Shown here one piece after another: positions 29,932 to 46,296 of a stretch of DNA of 64,000 nt. Within the stretch, counting starts at the first letter, position 1. Every line of letters begins with the position of its first letter. The notes under the pieces were generated by a model that saw only the letters and a program-made list of their open reading frames with translations, made no database searches and was not told the origin of the DNA. A program made the translations under genes and the position numbers. The DNA is from the human T2T-CHM13v2.0 reference genome, Homo sapiens. The stretch lies in assembly GCF_009914755.1 (NCBI RefSeq), contig NC_060943.1; one strand, written 5' to 3'.

Positions 29932-30211
29932 CGCCGCCGCGGCCCCAGCCCCGGCCCGGGTCCCGGTGCCGGCCGCCCCCGCCGCCGCCGCCGCCGCCGC
30001 GTCCCCGTACCCGCTCGGCCGAACCCCCGTGTCCGGGCCCCCAGGCCCCGCCTCATGCTGACCCGCGCCGGGAGGGGGGAGGGGGAGGGGGCGCGCACCC
30101 CCTCCCGCGGGAGGGAGGGCAGGGCCGGGGGCTCACATGCCGGGGGGCGCGGGGGCGCGGGGCGCGGGGTCGGGCCGCGGCGGTAGCGCGAGGACCGCGG
30201 ACGGCGCCGGC

Positions 30212-30232
30212 TTCAGCACCGCGGACAGCTCC
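30212..30232 (+). promoter_or_regulatory. RE1/NRSE (REST binding site)
   Basis: TTCAGCACCGCGGACAGCTCC, 19/21 match to TTCAGCACCACGGACAGCGCC. Confidence 0.88.
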
Positions 30233-31988
30233 GGAGGCGGGCGGCGGGCGCGAGGCTTAACCCCTTGGCGTCCTGCGCCGGGCGGCGGAGGGGGCCGGGC
30301 AGGGGGGAGGGGGCCGGGAGGGGAACGCGGGGGCCCCCTTGGCGGGAGAAGGGGGAGGGGCGAGGCTTGGAGGGGGGAGGAGAAGGGGAGGCACTTCCGG
30401 TCTGGGCCCCCCCTTAATCCCCCTCCCCCCTCCAGAGCCCTCCCGCGCAGGTGCAGAGCTAGAGAGCGCGGGGAGAGGGAGGCACAACATCACACAAGAT
30501 GCCTCGCAGCCGCGTGCACGGACGCGCGGACGGAGCCCCGCTTCCCCGGCAGGGACACCGCGGGTGAGAGAGGCCCCAGGCGGGGACACGCAGCCCACCA
30601 CCACAGACCAACACGCAACGCACCTCGACACAGTCGGCAAGAAAGGCCAGGACATTCAGACTGGGCCCCAAGGCCATGAGCAACACCCCTCCCCCACCAG
30701 AGAAGCCCAGGCGGAGGGGCGAACACACCACCACAGCTCCCCGAGAGAGCGTGGACCCCGAGCCAGCGCGGGGAGGGGGCGGCACACGCCAGGAGGGGAG
30801 ACACACGGAAGGACCGCCCAGCTCCGGCAGGGAGGCTGGGGTTGGGCCCTGGCTGCCGGGCGCACGGCACAGCACAGGCCAGGCCAGCGCAGACAGGGTC
30901 CGGGAAGAGCGGGGAGGCAGGAGGAGGGGAAGCTGAGACGCACCACACACACAGCAGCACGTGGGAGCCAGCGAGAGGCACGGAGGAGTAGGGGAGGAAG
31001 CCCATTGACAAGACAGAGTAGAAGGAGGAAGCTGAGGGTGACGGGGACCACCCGCATTCAGCTGGTAGGACAAGTGACCCCCACAGACGGAGGCCAAGGA
31101 GAGACCCAGAGAGACACTGGTAGACAAGAAGCAGAGGCCGACATAGAAGCTCGGGGTGTGGGGGGGTGTACCCCAATACTCACCCGGTGCCCAGAGCAGG
31201 AGACGTGCCAGGCAAACACGCACAACGGTCAAGCGCCTCAGACACTCGGGGCGCAGGGTGGCACCCCAGCCCCACCCTCTCTCCCCATGTTGCCATTTCT
31301 CTGTCCCCCCCATCCCCGACCCATCCCCACTGGCCAGAACACAGACACGTAGGTTTGGACACATTTAATGGAAGGATGCTACGCACAAGGGGACTCTTCC
31401 CTGGATTGGGGGGAGCAGTGGAGGAGAGTGTCATATTTTAGACACCAAATTATGACCCTCCCTCCCCCACAGCCCTGTCCTTCTGGAGGCCCAAGCCCTG
31501 GAATCCTCCCCTCCTCTGCCCTTCCCTCCCCCAACATCCCAGGTCCTGAATCTCAGATCAATCAGACAGACGCACATGCATGCACACACGTTAATGTGCG
31601 AGTACACACGCACAGTGACATGCACAGAGAGGGACGGATGTGTGCAGAGACCCACCTGTCCATGTGTGTGAGCAGACTCACTGACATGCCCTGTGGTGCT
31701 TGCCCACAGATTCAGAGAAGCACAGATGTGCAGAGCCAGCCCCACAGTCATCATAGCCACAAAGGCACCAGTATATACAGAGCAGGGCAGACCCTCCAGC
31801 CCCGGGCATAGGTACAGGTACATCCAGGCCACACATGCACACAGATGCGTGTCATGCACACCTACAGAGACACACGTTCACACACCAAGAAACCTCAGCT
31901 CTGGTCGTGCACACACGTTCACACGCCCCCCCAGGCACCCCGTCCTTCCCCTCCTGACCCCATCCCCTCCCTGCCCCTCGCCTCTCAC

Positions 31989-32015
31989 CTCCCTGGGCCA
32001 ATCCCATCCATTAAG
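31989..32015 (-). CDS. SHANK1: SHANK1 exon 15, 27-nt in-frame microexon (S-LMDGIGPG-S)
   Basis: GGAAG|CTTAATGGATGGGATTGGCCCAGGGAG|GTGAGA; phase 2-2, fits between exons 14 and 16. Confidence 0.9.
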
Positions 32016-32481
32016 CTTCCGAAGCAAGTCAGCCAGCAGCCAGGGAGGGGAAAGGTGTCAGTGCACCCATCTCCTCACCCCAATCCCACCCAGCCCTGAC
32101 TGCACCCTCCCCACACCGGTGCATGGGACACACACATTCCCACTGCACATGACTGCACAGAGATGGGGCACATGAAGGAGACAAGGGCCTCCAGCCAGCC
32201 AGACATAAGAGCGCCCCGGCCCCCCCAGGCATCCCCACCCTGCCCTGACCACCCCGTTGTCTCTGGCTACCCCAGAGCTGGGCAGTCTTAGTGGCTGCCG
32301 AAGATGGTTTGGGGTTGGGCTGTACTGTCTGAAGCTAATTCTGGCTTATCCCACCCCTGGATCAAACTTGAGAAGGAACAGATTAGAAAGGGGGCTTAGA
32401 GGTGATGGAAATATTTAAAGGTGTACATTGTGAAGGGAACTTGGGGTGAGGGGGGTTGCCCGAGGGTGTAAGGACATTTAC

Positions 32482-32557
32482 CTTGGGGCATCAAAGCTGT
32501 CGTAGGAGCCCACGGTATAATGCCGGAAGAGTCTCTTTGCCTTGTCACTGCGGCTTT
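32482..32557 (-). CDS. SHANK1: SHANK1 exon 14 (SRSDKAKRLFRHYTVGSYDSFDAP)
   Basis: TGCAG|AA acceptor, AAG|GTAAAT donor, 76 nt. Confidence 0.95.
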
Positions 32558-32735
32558 CTGCAGGGTGACAACAGACAACCTTGGACTCTTGTTTTGGAAA
32601 CCACAATCCCAGCCCTAGAGCTCCTGGCCCAAGTCTTCCCATCTACCTCCCAGTACCCCACCCCCATTAGGAAGGGAAAGGAGTGGACGTGGGAATCCTA
32701 GGGTCCATTGAACACTGCTGGGGGTTCCGCATTAC

Positions 32736-32849
32736 CTTGCTTGCTCTCCTGAGAGCGATTCGCCACTTCTTCCAGGCAGTCAGAGGGGAACCAGCCAACA
32801 CGACCTTTGACCTGGCCTTCCCAGAAGCCTCCTTCCCCGATGCTAAGTA
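32736..32849 (-). CDS. SHANK1: SHANK1 exon 13 (SH3: LSIGEGGFWEGQVKGRVGWFPSDCLEEV)
   Basis: TCCAG|TA acceptor, AAG|GTAATG donor, 114 nt. Confidence 0.96.
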
Positions 32850-34494
32850 CTGGATGGGGAACGGGGACATAGAGACATTTCTGTGTTTCTGTGCTGCCCC
32901 TCAACTGCCAACACACTCAACTTAGAGCATTCCCACAGTTACCAGCTCCTGGCCCAAGGCCATCCTTAATAAACATCTGAGGAAGGGGCGAGGAGCTTGG
33001 GGGAGACCCATATCATATCACTCTTGCATTCTAGTTTCTGGATCCAATAAGGATGACAGGCATTGGGGAAGACGACTGTTCCATAACATGGTCTTCCTAG
33101 GTTAGAGGCAGGTCCACAATTGGTCCTTGTCTCCCCTGGTAACTGGTCACAGCTCAGTTGTGTAATTCCCCTTCACCCTCCTAGGCTCTGTGGACTTAGA
33201 TCACGGATGGGGCGACAAGTTCTACCTCACCCTCCCATCACTGTCCCTGCCACCTCCCAAAGTCTCCTTGCCACTTAATCTTTAGTCCTTTGTCCCCAGA
33301 CCCCTGTCTCTGTCTCTCTCGGCCTCTCCTGGCTCTAGAAGGGAAAAGAGATTAGCATCACCTCTTTCCTTCTCTCCCTCTCCCCTAATGGAAGCGGCTT
33401 CCCCCTGCCCACCCTCCCAGGCCCCACCGCTTCCCCATTTAGCAAACATCACAGACTGCCTGTTACATGCCTGCTGCTGAAAAACAGAGATATATGACAA
33501 GAACAGCTAATGCGTATCCAACTCTCACCTGGGCCAGAACCCTAAGAGGGGCCACTTTCATTATCCCCCTTTTACTGATAGGAACACTGAGGCTTGGAGA
33601 GCCAAGATCATTTGCTGAAGGTTACAAGGCTAGTAACTGACAGATCTGGATTTGAACACAGCTCAGTCTGCTTCCAGAGGGCATACTTTCAGTCACTCAT
33701 GTGCGCTACCTCTCCATGCAACGGCTTCAGTGCATGACAAGGGCACCAGTGGCAAACACATGGTCTTCCATTTCTCCGGCATTTTTCATGACTCTGCCCC
33801 CATTCAGCCCTTCACATAGTTTCCTTCCTCGTTCAACCCTTGTGCCTACCCAGGTAGGTAACAACTGTTTTTCCATTTTATAGACAAAGAAGCTGAAGCG
33901 AATGTGGAGAAAACCCTTGCCTGGAGATGGCTCCAGCTATGCTAGGGGTTGAGTTGGGGCCATCAGATGTATTCCCCTCCACAAACTGCCTCCCTTGAGA
34001 GCATCTGGGGAGACCAAATGAGGGGAAGCTGAAAGTCATGGAAGAGAGCAGGAGATGGGTTGTCAAGGGGACTGGGTTCTTGGCTGGTACTGCCATGCCT
34101 GGCTTGGTGGTCTTGTAATCAATCATTTGTTCACTGTAAAAATATTTAGTTAGTGCCAGTCATGAGTCAGGTACCAGGGTAGACACTGTTGAATATAATC
34201 AATGTTGTTCCTTCCTTTGAGGAGCTTCCAGAGCAGTGGCCAATAGAGGCATAACTATACAAGTGACTGTATGATTGGAAGTTGGGGTCAGAGCTCAAGG
34301 GAAAATAAGAGGGTGTTTGGAGAGAAGCCAGATGGGAGTATATAACTTATAATGGCAAAGGGGTCCAGGGAGGTGTCCCTGAGGTGTGACACATAGGTTG
34401 AGACCTGAAGGATCCTAGGAGCTGGGGAGGCAAAGAGAGCATGGAAGAGTTCCAGGCAGAAGGACCAGCATGTTTGAAGAGTTTGGTGTACAAG

Positions 34495-35295
34495 AAAGCT
34501 TGGGACATTGGAGGAATGGAGGGGTTGGTATATCGGAGGACTGGAGAATTGGAGGGCTCAGGGCATTGGGGGATTGGAAGGCTTGGGGCATTGGAGGAAT
34601 GGAGGGGTTGGTAGCACTGGGGAACTGGAAGGCTTGGGCACTGGGAGGATTGGATGGCTTGGGCCATTGGGGGAATGGAGGGCTTGGGGCTTTGGGAGAT
34701 TGGAGGGATTGGGGCATTAGAGGATTAGAGGGTTTGGGGCATTGGAGGATTGGAGGGCTCGGGGCATTGGAGGATTGGAGGGCTCGGGGCATTGGAGGAT
34801 TGGAGGGCTCGGGGCATTGGAGGATTGGAGGGCTCGGGGCATTGGAGGATTGGAGGGCTCGGGGCATTGGAGGATTGGAGGGATCGGGGCATTGGAGGGT
34901 TGGAAGGCTCGGGGCATTGGAGGATTGGAGGGATCGGGGCATTGGGGGATTGGAGGGCTCGGGGCATTGGAGGGTTGGAAGGCTCGGGTTGGAAGGCTCG
35001 GGCACTGGAAGATTGGAGGGCTTGGGGCATTGGGAGATTGGAGGACTCGGGGCATTGGAGGATTAGAGGGTTTGGGGCATTGGAGAATTGGAGGGCTCGG
35101 GGCATTGGGAGAGTGGAGGACTCGGGGCATTGGAGGATTGGAGGGCTCGGGGCATTGGAGGATTGAAGGGCTCGGGGCATTGGAGGATTGGAGGGCTCGG
35201 GGCATAGGAGGATTGGAGAGCTCAGGGCATTGGGAGATTGGAGGACTTGGGGCATTGGAGAATTGGAGGGCTTGGGGCATTGGAGGACTGGAGAG
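34495..35295. repeat. 25-bp minisatellite (GGGGCATTGGAGGATTGGAGGGCTC)n, roughly 30 units, SHANK1 intron 12
   Basis: Perfect units in the 34760-34860 core, diverging outward. Confidence 0.95.
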
Positions 35296-36013
35296 TAGGA
35301 TGAGGTCCCTGGAACCTTGTGGGTGAAAGGAAGAGTCGCATGAGATGAGGTTGACAAGGTGGGCAGAGAGGCAGCTTGGAGGCCAGGTGAAGACTCTGGG
35401 CTGTGATTCTGAGAGTAGCAGGAGTCAGCTCCCTCATCAGGCTGTGTGAAGCTCAGTGACATCGTGGATGTGGGTGTGCTTTGAGGCAATTAAGTCCCTC
35501 TTAATGGAAGACGAGGATATAAAAACAGAAGGCAGTGTGTTCTCTCCCTGCGTAGAAGCATTGAGCTTGTAGCTCAGCAAGATACTGCCCATGGTCCTCT
35601 GCCTGCCCGGAAGGTCCTTTACCTCTGGCCTCAGCTCACCTTTCTTTTCTCCCATCTCCCCCAACCCCACGTGCCTACATCCCAGGCAGCTGGCCCTGAA
35701 GGAGCTGCACCTGGCCCCCACAGTAGCTCCTGAATTTGATCATTCATTCACTCAACATATGTGCATTAAAGCCTCCTGTGTGCTGGGTCATTAAACTGAG
35801 CCCTAGAGACCCAGAGACCAGTGACTTATGACCTCACCTACAGGAACTCAGGCTATGGGAAGAGAGACTAGGAAACACATGCAGTTACACAGCCCACCTG
35901 ATGTTCTGACCCCCGAATACCCTTCAAGGCCTCACTCAAGTTGACCTTCTATGGTAGGATCCTCCCTGCTTATTCAGGGGCCCAGGTCTCTCTCCTCTAA
36001 GTGCCTGAAGTAG

Positions 36014-36335
<322 letters not shown>

Positions 36336-36897
36336 AAATGATGGCTCTTATATGGCACTTGTTATGTAGGAAACATTGGTCTAAGTACTTTACATGATCT
36401 GACTCCTCCAATCCTCATCAAAGTCCCATTTTACAGATGAAGAAACTGAGGCCCAGAGAAATCACTTGGCTGAGGTCACCCTGCTAGGAAGTGGTGGGGT
36501 CTGGATTTGAACCCAGGCTGCCAGGCTCTCAACCTCTATACCGCTCAGCTCCTGGGCAGCCTAGAGTCTGGCAAAGAATTGTTCCAATGCCTCGTATTAA
36601 CGGCCACACCTGCGGCACGTGGTGGTCTCTAAAGCATCCTTCTATCCAAGAACACGTCAGCAGCCCTGCAAAGCCTATAAGCAGGGGAGACTGGCTCCAC
36701 TTTCCAGATGAAGGTGGATAAACCAAAGGGAGGTGAACCCTGATAACAGCACCACCATTTTGGGAACCCTCGCCACGGCCAAACATCTTATATCTGCCAG
36801 CTCGTCGGGGCCCTAGAAGTAGGTCCCTGCCTGTCTCTCAGTTGAGGACCCCTGGACAGATGCAGGAGGCAAAGTTAAGGCTGCTCGGCCTCACGCT

Positions 36898-36914
36898 CTG
36901 CACCAGGTGGCAGG
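36898..36914 (+). promoter_or_regulatory. Candidate CTCF site
   Basis: GCACCAGGTGGCAG matches the CTCF core. Confidence 0.45.
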
Positions 36915-37309
36915 AAGGACTGTGGGCTTGGACTGAGGACCTTGGGCAAGTGGCTTCACCTGTGTGAGGTTCTGTTCCTTCAACCATGCAATGGGGCCCA
37001 TGACCTCCCTCCCCAGAAAGGGCCATCAGGAGTCTAATGAGACGATTTGGTGAGAAGTTCCAGCCATGCCCTGCACACGGCATCAGTGTCCCGCAGTGGG
37101 ACACGGCTCACTTCACTGCCTCCTGACAGGGTCATCTGAGCTACACTCTATGGTCCTCCAAGCCTCAAGGGGTGTCCTGGGGCTCTCTGAGGTCTCCAGA
37201 GTGCATGAGATACTCCAGGTGCCCGAGAATGGTCTGCTCTCTGCTCCACATTTTCCCTGATCGCCCCCACAGCCCAGCCCAGCCCAGGCCCTGCTTCCAC
37301 CCTGGGTAC

Positions 37310-37503
37310 CTTTGATCTTCTCGCCCTTGCTCAGGGAGATCTCCCCCTCGGCTTGGGCCTGGTAGGACTTCACAGCCATGAAGGAGCGTCCGGGTACCGC
37401 TGAGTAGAGCTTCCTCCGCCTCCCGCGGCTGCCCAGGGAGCCCCCGGGGCCCCCTGAGCCCCCCGTGCCCCCGGCTGGCCCTTCCCGGGGTGTCCCGCTG
37501 GAG
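37310..37503 (-). CDS. SHANK1: SHANK1 exon 12 (start of SH3: RRKLYSAVPGRSFMAVKSY...GEKIK)
   Basis: CGCAG|CTC acceptor, AAG|GTACCC donor, 194 nt. Confidence 0.95.
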
Positions 37504-38342
37504 CTGCGTACACAGAGGGCATGAGAGGAGGGGAGGGTGGAGGGAGGGGACACCTCTGGGAGGACAGGGGTCCTTGGGTGGGGGAAGAGGACGGTGCATC
37601 AGGGGGGAGGGGGGGTTTCCCAGCACTGGCGTCCTCCAGGGAAGAGGGCATTTGGGGGCTCCCTCTGCCTGCCCGCAGCTGCCCCAACCAGCCCCCTCTC
37701 CTGCCTCCTGGCTTCCGGCTCTGCCCCCTCCCACGGTCCTGCGCGCACCGCCTGATTCAGCTTCCTGAGGCTGAGCTGGGACTGTGTCATCCCTCCGCTC
37801 ACGAGCCTTCCGCGACTCCCAGCTTCCTCCTGGGTCAGGTCCAACTCCTCTGCCCGCCGTTGCCAGCCTCTCCCCCACTTCCTCGGGACACGCCTGGCTG
37901 GCCTTCGCCTCCTTCTCACCCTCCTCTAGCCAGGTGGGCTTCCTGACCCCGGAATGTCCCCCGCCCCTTCCTCATCCTCCCTCCAGAGTGACCTCTCTGT
38001 CCCCCTCAAGTCCCTGCCACCCCCCCCATCCTCTTCCTGTTCAGCTTCCCTCCACCTCACCCTGTCATTCTGTCTGTCCCCAGGGGCTGGGGCCCATGTT
38101 TCTTTGGGGTACCCTCTGCCTGGGGCCCCTGTCCTGGAGCAGACATCCAGCTAACATGTGGTGCACCGGGGGTGGAGTCGGGACAGTAGCTCCCAAGGCC
38201 TTGCTTTACCCCAAGGTGACACTAGGGACTTGGATGAGGGCCTACAGAGGAAGGCAGCTGGGCTGGCCTCGGGGGAAGCCGCCGATCTGGAGAGGGGATT
38301 TGACGGGGCTGGGGACTGTGGAGCCAGGGCTGCCTCCCCTAC

Positions 38343-38673
38343 CTGGGCCGGCCTCGGGGCTGCCTCTTGGCGTCCTCAGGGTGCCTCCCTCGGGATGGAG
38401 AGCGGGCCCTGGCACCCCGGGGGCTGCTGGCACTTCGGAGGGTCCCGCTGCTGAGCTTGGTGGTGGGGGCCGAGGGCTGCGACTGGCCCTGGGACCCTGA
38501 GGTAGGGCCAGGGGCCCCAGAGGACGCGGCCCCCGGGGCGGAGAACACCATCCAGTCGGGCAGCGCCATGCTGGTGTCACTGTTGGCCCGCAGCAGCGCC
38601 GGGGGCACCGTCAGCCCTGTGCCTGGGGGCCCCCGTCGCCGGGCCGCGTACTTGGGGGACTCCTGGAAGGGCA
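38343..38673 (-). CDS. SHANK1: SHANK1 exon 11 (PFQESPKYAARRR...KRQPRGRP)
   Basis: CTCAG|TG acceptor, CAG|GTAGGG donor, 331 nt; ORF 38339..38827. Confidence 0.95.
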
Positions 38674-38962
38674 CTGAGAGGGCACAGTGGCGGCGGGGGG
38701 CAGATGTTAGGGGAGAAAAGGCAAGCAGGGGGCCATGCGGGGGCAAGAGATGGTGGGAGAGAGGCATGAGGGAGAAAGACAGAGATGAGAAAGGGAGGGG
38801 GGCCTGGAATTGCTCCCCCACCACCATCCAGACATTTTTGGTCCTCTAGGGTTTTCTCCATCCTATCCTGGCCCCCAAGTCAGGTCCCCCAACTCCCCCA
38901 TCCCACCATGAAACCTCAACCGCCCCAGGTTCTCTGTGCAGTCCGAGCTCCCTGTCACTCAC

Positions 38963-39029
38963 CCACATCCTGTTCTCGGTGGTTTCGGATCAGCTCCCCC
39001 AGCTCAAAATTCCCAGCAATCACTGCCAC
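38963..39029 (-). CDS. SHANK1: SHANK1 exon 10 (VAVIAGNFELGELIRNHREQDV)
   Basis: TCCAG|GTG acceptor, TGG|GTGAGT donor, 67 nt. Confidence 0.95.
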
Positions 39030-39279
39030 CTGGAGGGAGGGGGTAGAGGCAGGTCGGCCAGGGGGGCCCAGGCAGCAGAGAGAGGGCAGGGAACGTGGCG
39101 AGGTCCCTGGCCCGACCCAAACCTTCCACTCCGACAATGCCGCCCTCTGTCTTCTTCCAGCTCCCCCTCCACGGCCTGTCTCCTTGCTTTCCTCATTGTC
39201 CCCTTCCTTATCCACTGGGTGTCACTGTCACCCTTTCCTTAGCCCTGGAAACTCCAGCACATCCCCTGCAGCCCCAGAC

Positions 39280-39357
39280 CTGGAAGGGGGTCTGTCCGTT
39301 GTTGTTCTTCACATCCTTGTCGGCACCTCGATACAGGAGGATCCTGGCACAGGTCTC
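39280..39357 (-). CDS. SHANK1: SHANK1 exon 9 (ETCARILLYRGADKDVKNNNGQTPFQ; ankyrin)
   Basis: CGCAG|GAG acceptor, CAG|GTCTGG donor, 78 nt. Confidence 0.95.
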
Positions 39358-39629
39358 CTGCGGGTAATGGCCAGTGGCACAGGACAAAGAGAGAGAGAAA
39401 AAATTAAGATCACCATGAGTGGATGCAGGTTCTGTGCTAAGAGCCTCAGGAATAAATACTCCACCCTAAACCCGCACCACTGAGGACAGCAGCCACCTGC
39501 CAGGTACGGACCAGGAGCACTTTAGTTTAAACGTGGCCGGCCCAAACGGAGATGCACCATGCATGCGAACTACACACTGGATTTCAAGGATATGCCATAT
39601 GAAGACAAGAAAGAATTTAAATGTCTATA

Positions 39630-40213
<584 letters not shown>

Positions 40214-40369
40214 CTATGTTGAAATGATAATGTTTTAGATACACTGTTATAAGTAAAATATGTTGTTAAAATAAATGTCACCTAATTATTTTCCCCTTCT
40301 CTTTAACATGGCCACTAGGATATTTGAGGGCATTTAGGGTATGTGCTCATGCTATGTTCCACTGGATGT

Positions 40370-40565
40370 TGGGGCCGGATAATCCTTTGGTGATTCATTG
40401 GTTTGTGGAGGGTGTTCTGAGCCCTGTGGGATGTTGAGTAGCATCCCCGGTCTCTACCACTAGATGCCAGTAGCACTCCCCTCCCCAGTCATGACAACCA
40501 AAAATGTCTCTAGACATTGCCAAGTGTCCCCTGGGAGACAGAAGCTCCCAGGTTGAGAACCACAG
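40370..40565 (-). mobile_element. MER20 (hAT)
   Basis: Reverse MER20 text ending GGTTGAGAACCAC. Confidence 0.75.
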
Positions 40566-40632
40566 GTCTAGACCTTACGGAGGCTTACCATGTTACGTGC
40601 CAGGCGCTTGGCACTTTAGAGGCAGAAGCTCA

Positions 40633-41094
<462 letters not shown>

Positions 41095-41599
41095 CTATCT
41101 TAATCACACTTTCTGCCAGGCCCAGAAGGAAGGGGACACACATTGTGGAGGAAAGGGTGGGGGCAGGACTGGGCCAGTGGGGACAGGGATGCCTTCTACA
41201 TTCAGATCAATTTCTCACCGGTGTCAATCACATGGCACCCATCATCACTTTTTGGGCTAAGCACAAAGTCCATGCCACGGCCTAGGAGGGTTAGGGTTAG
41301 CTGAGCTAACCTGAGCTGCCTGCCCTGCCACTCCCCACCCTGACCCTCACCAACTTCATCTTCTACCACCTGCCCTTGCTCCCAGGCTGCAGCCACACTG
41401 GCCACCTCCTTCCTCTGACAGCACACTAATGCCCCAGGACCTTTGCACGGCTGCTCCCTCTGCTTGGAATCCTTTCCCGCTAGATCTCAGCATAGCTTGC
41501 TTCCTCACTTCGTTCAGGCTTTTGCACAAATGCCACCTCTTCAGAGAGGTCTTCTCTGGCCATCCTGTCTAAAAAAAAAACCCTTGTCCTCTTCCTTGC

Positions 41600-44659
<3,060 letters not shown>

Positions 44660-45992
44660 TAATTCTCTATACCAAAATTTCTCTGTTTATCTGAACGGTA
44701 CAGTTTCTGTCTCTCGACTGGACCCTGACTGACACTGGTGATGGTAACAATGACAATTATTATTCTGATGGCTGCCTTCCAGGGATGAGCACTTAGTATA
44801 CACGATGGCTCACCCTCGTCAATAAGAGCTGGCGTTATTCCCATTTCAGGAAGAAGGATGGAGCCTCAAAGAGGGGGAGGGACTTGTTTGCTCCCCACCC
44901 CCATCTGCCTGTGGGGCCAGGGCTTCTTCCCCATCAGCTGCACGAGGGCCTGGGAGTCAGAGGATTGGTTGTGAGGCCTGTGTCGCAGAGCAGGAGACAG
45001 GAGCACGTGGGGAGAGAAGTGCCGGCACCATGTTGGTTCGGTTTGACAAACACTGAGTCTTCCCTGGGCTCCAGGCATACTGCTGGCTGCCACAAGGCGG
45101 CACGTGGCCACCCGCCAAATCCCCAGCACTGCAAGTTCTGCCGAGGCAGAGGGGGCTGAGGGCTGTTTTGGAAGACTTCCTGGAGGAAGGGGGCTGACAG
45201 ACCAGCTCTGTCATGCTAGCGCCTGTCTCTCTAAGTACCCCCACCAGCTGCCCTTCAAGGGCAGGAAGCATCAAGAAACAGGTGGGGAGATTGAGGCTTT
45301 CCATGGGGCTGACCTGCCCAGGATCATCTGCAGCTCAGGTGGCTAAAGTACCAGAGGTCATGACATTGAAAGACCCGGCTCTTGCCAACCAGCTGCCACG
45401 AGCCCCCCTGCCTGCTCCGTACCTCTCCTCTCCTAGGAACTCCAGAAGTGGGGGTGTTCTTCCCATCTCCCTTCAGCACTCCCTTCCTGCTCAGGGACCC
45501 AGGTTGTCAGGACCCCCAAGGTCCTGAATTGCTAAAACTCCCATCCCACTGTCATTCCCTTCAGGGGCCACGGGGGCTGCACGTTGGCCTTTCCCCTGTG
45601 CCCTGCCGTGCCGCCACGTGGCACCTGCACACACCACTGGCTGAATGCAGACACAGGGGAACTGAGGACCCACAGCCCCCTTTCCTCTGGCTTTCTGCAC
45701 AGGCTGTGCCCCCACCCTGGAGCACCCCTTTCTCCTCTTTTCTACTCCTGCTCATCTTAACACTGGGGGCACCTCCTCCAGGAAGCCACCTTCACCCCCA
45801 GCCACTCCATCCCAAGCCCAGTCCCAGATGTGGGCTCCCGCAGGGATCTGGATTCCCTGTGACTTTGCTCTGAGCACTCTGGACTGTAGCAGCAAACTAT
45901 GTTGTCTGCCCTCTGCTAGGCCATGAGCTCAACACTTTGTCCCCAGCACCCAGCTCCAGGCCTGATACAGAGGAGCTCAGTAAATATCTGTT

Positions 45993-46024
45993 GGATGGAT
46001 GGATGGATGGATGGATGGATGGAT
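45993..46024. repeat. (GGAT)8 microsatellite at an L2-like 3' tail
   Basis: Direct reading. Confidence 0.9.
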
Positions 46025-46179
46025 GGAGGAATGAATGGAGGAATGACTGGATGAAAGGGTGGAAATAGTGAAGAAGTGGAGGGTGCAGAGATGCAGTCAA
46101 GAGGAGTGTCTGAGCTTGGCCCTGGGGGAGGCGGCTATCGGGGATGTGAGGGGCCTGGGGTGGCCGCTGCTAGGCAGAC

Positions 46180-46296
46180 CTTGTTGTAGAGGGCGCAGAT
46201 GTGCAGAGCCGTGTTCCCCGAGGCGTTCTGGGCTCCAGGCTCAGCCCCGTAGAAAAGCAGATGCTCCAGGTGCTGAGAGTGACCCCGCTGGCAGGC
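46180..46296 (-). CDS. SHANK1: SHANK1 exon 8 (ACQRGHSQHLEHLLFYGA...ALYNK; ankyrin)
   Basis: CCCAG|GCC acceptor, AAG|GTCTGC donor, 117 nt; ORF 46135..46323. Confidence 0.95.

Larger units (their letters stand above)
29700..30600. promoter_or_regulatory. Intragenic CpG island / internal SHANK1 promoter
   Basis: CpG-dense, (GCC)n run, contains the alternative first exon and an RE1 site. Confidence 0.82.

Noticed and set aside
34347-35489. Periodic ORFs and a CRISPR-like regular repeat
   Set aside because: Head-to-tail minisatellite without unique spacers or cas genes; eukaryotic intron
37498-37505. Possible alternative acceptor 6 nt into exon 12 (CAG|CTCCAG|)
   Set aside because: Would only trim two residues; nothing in the sequence shows it is used
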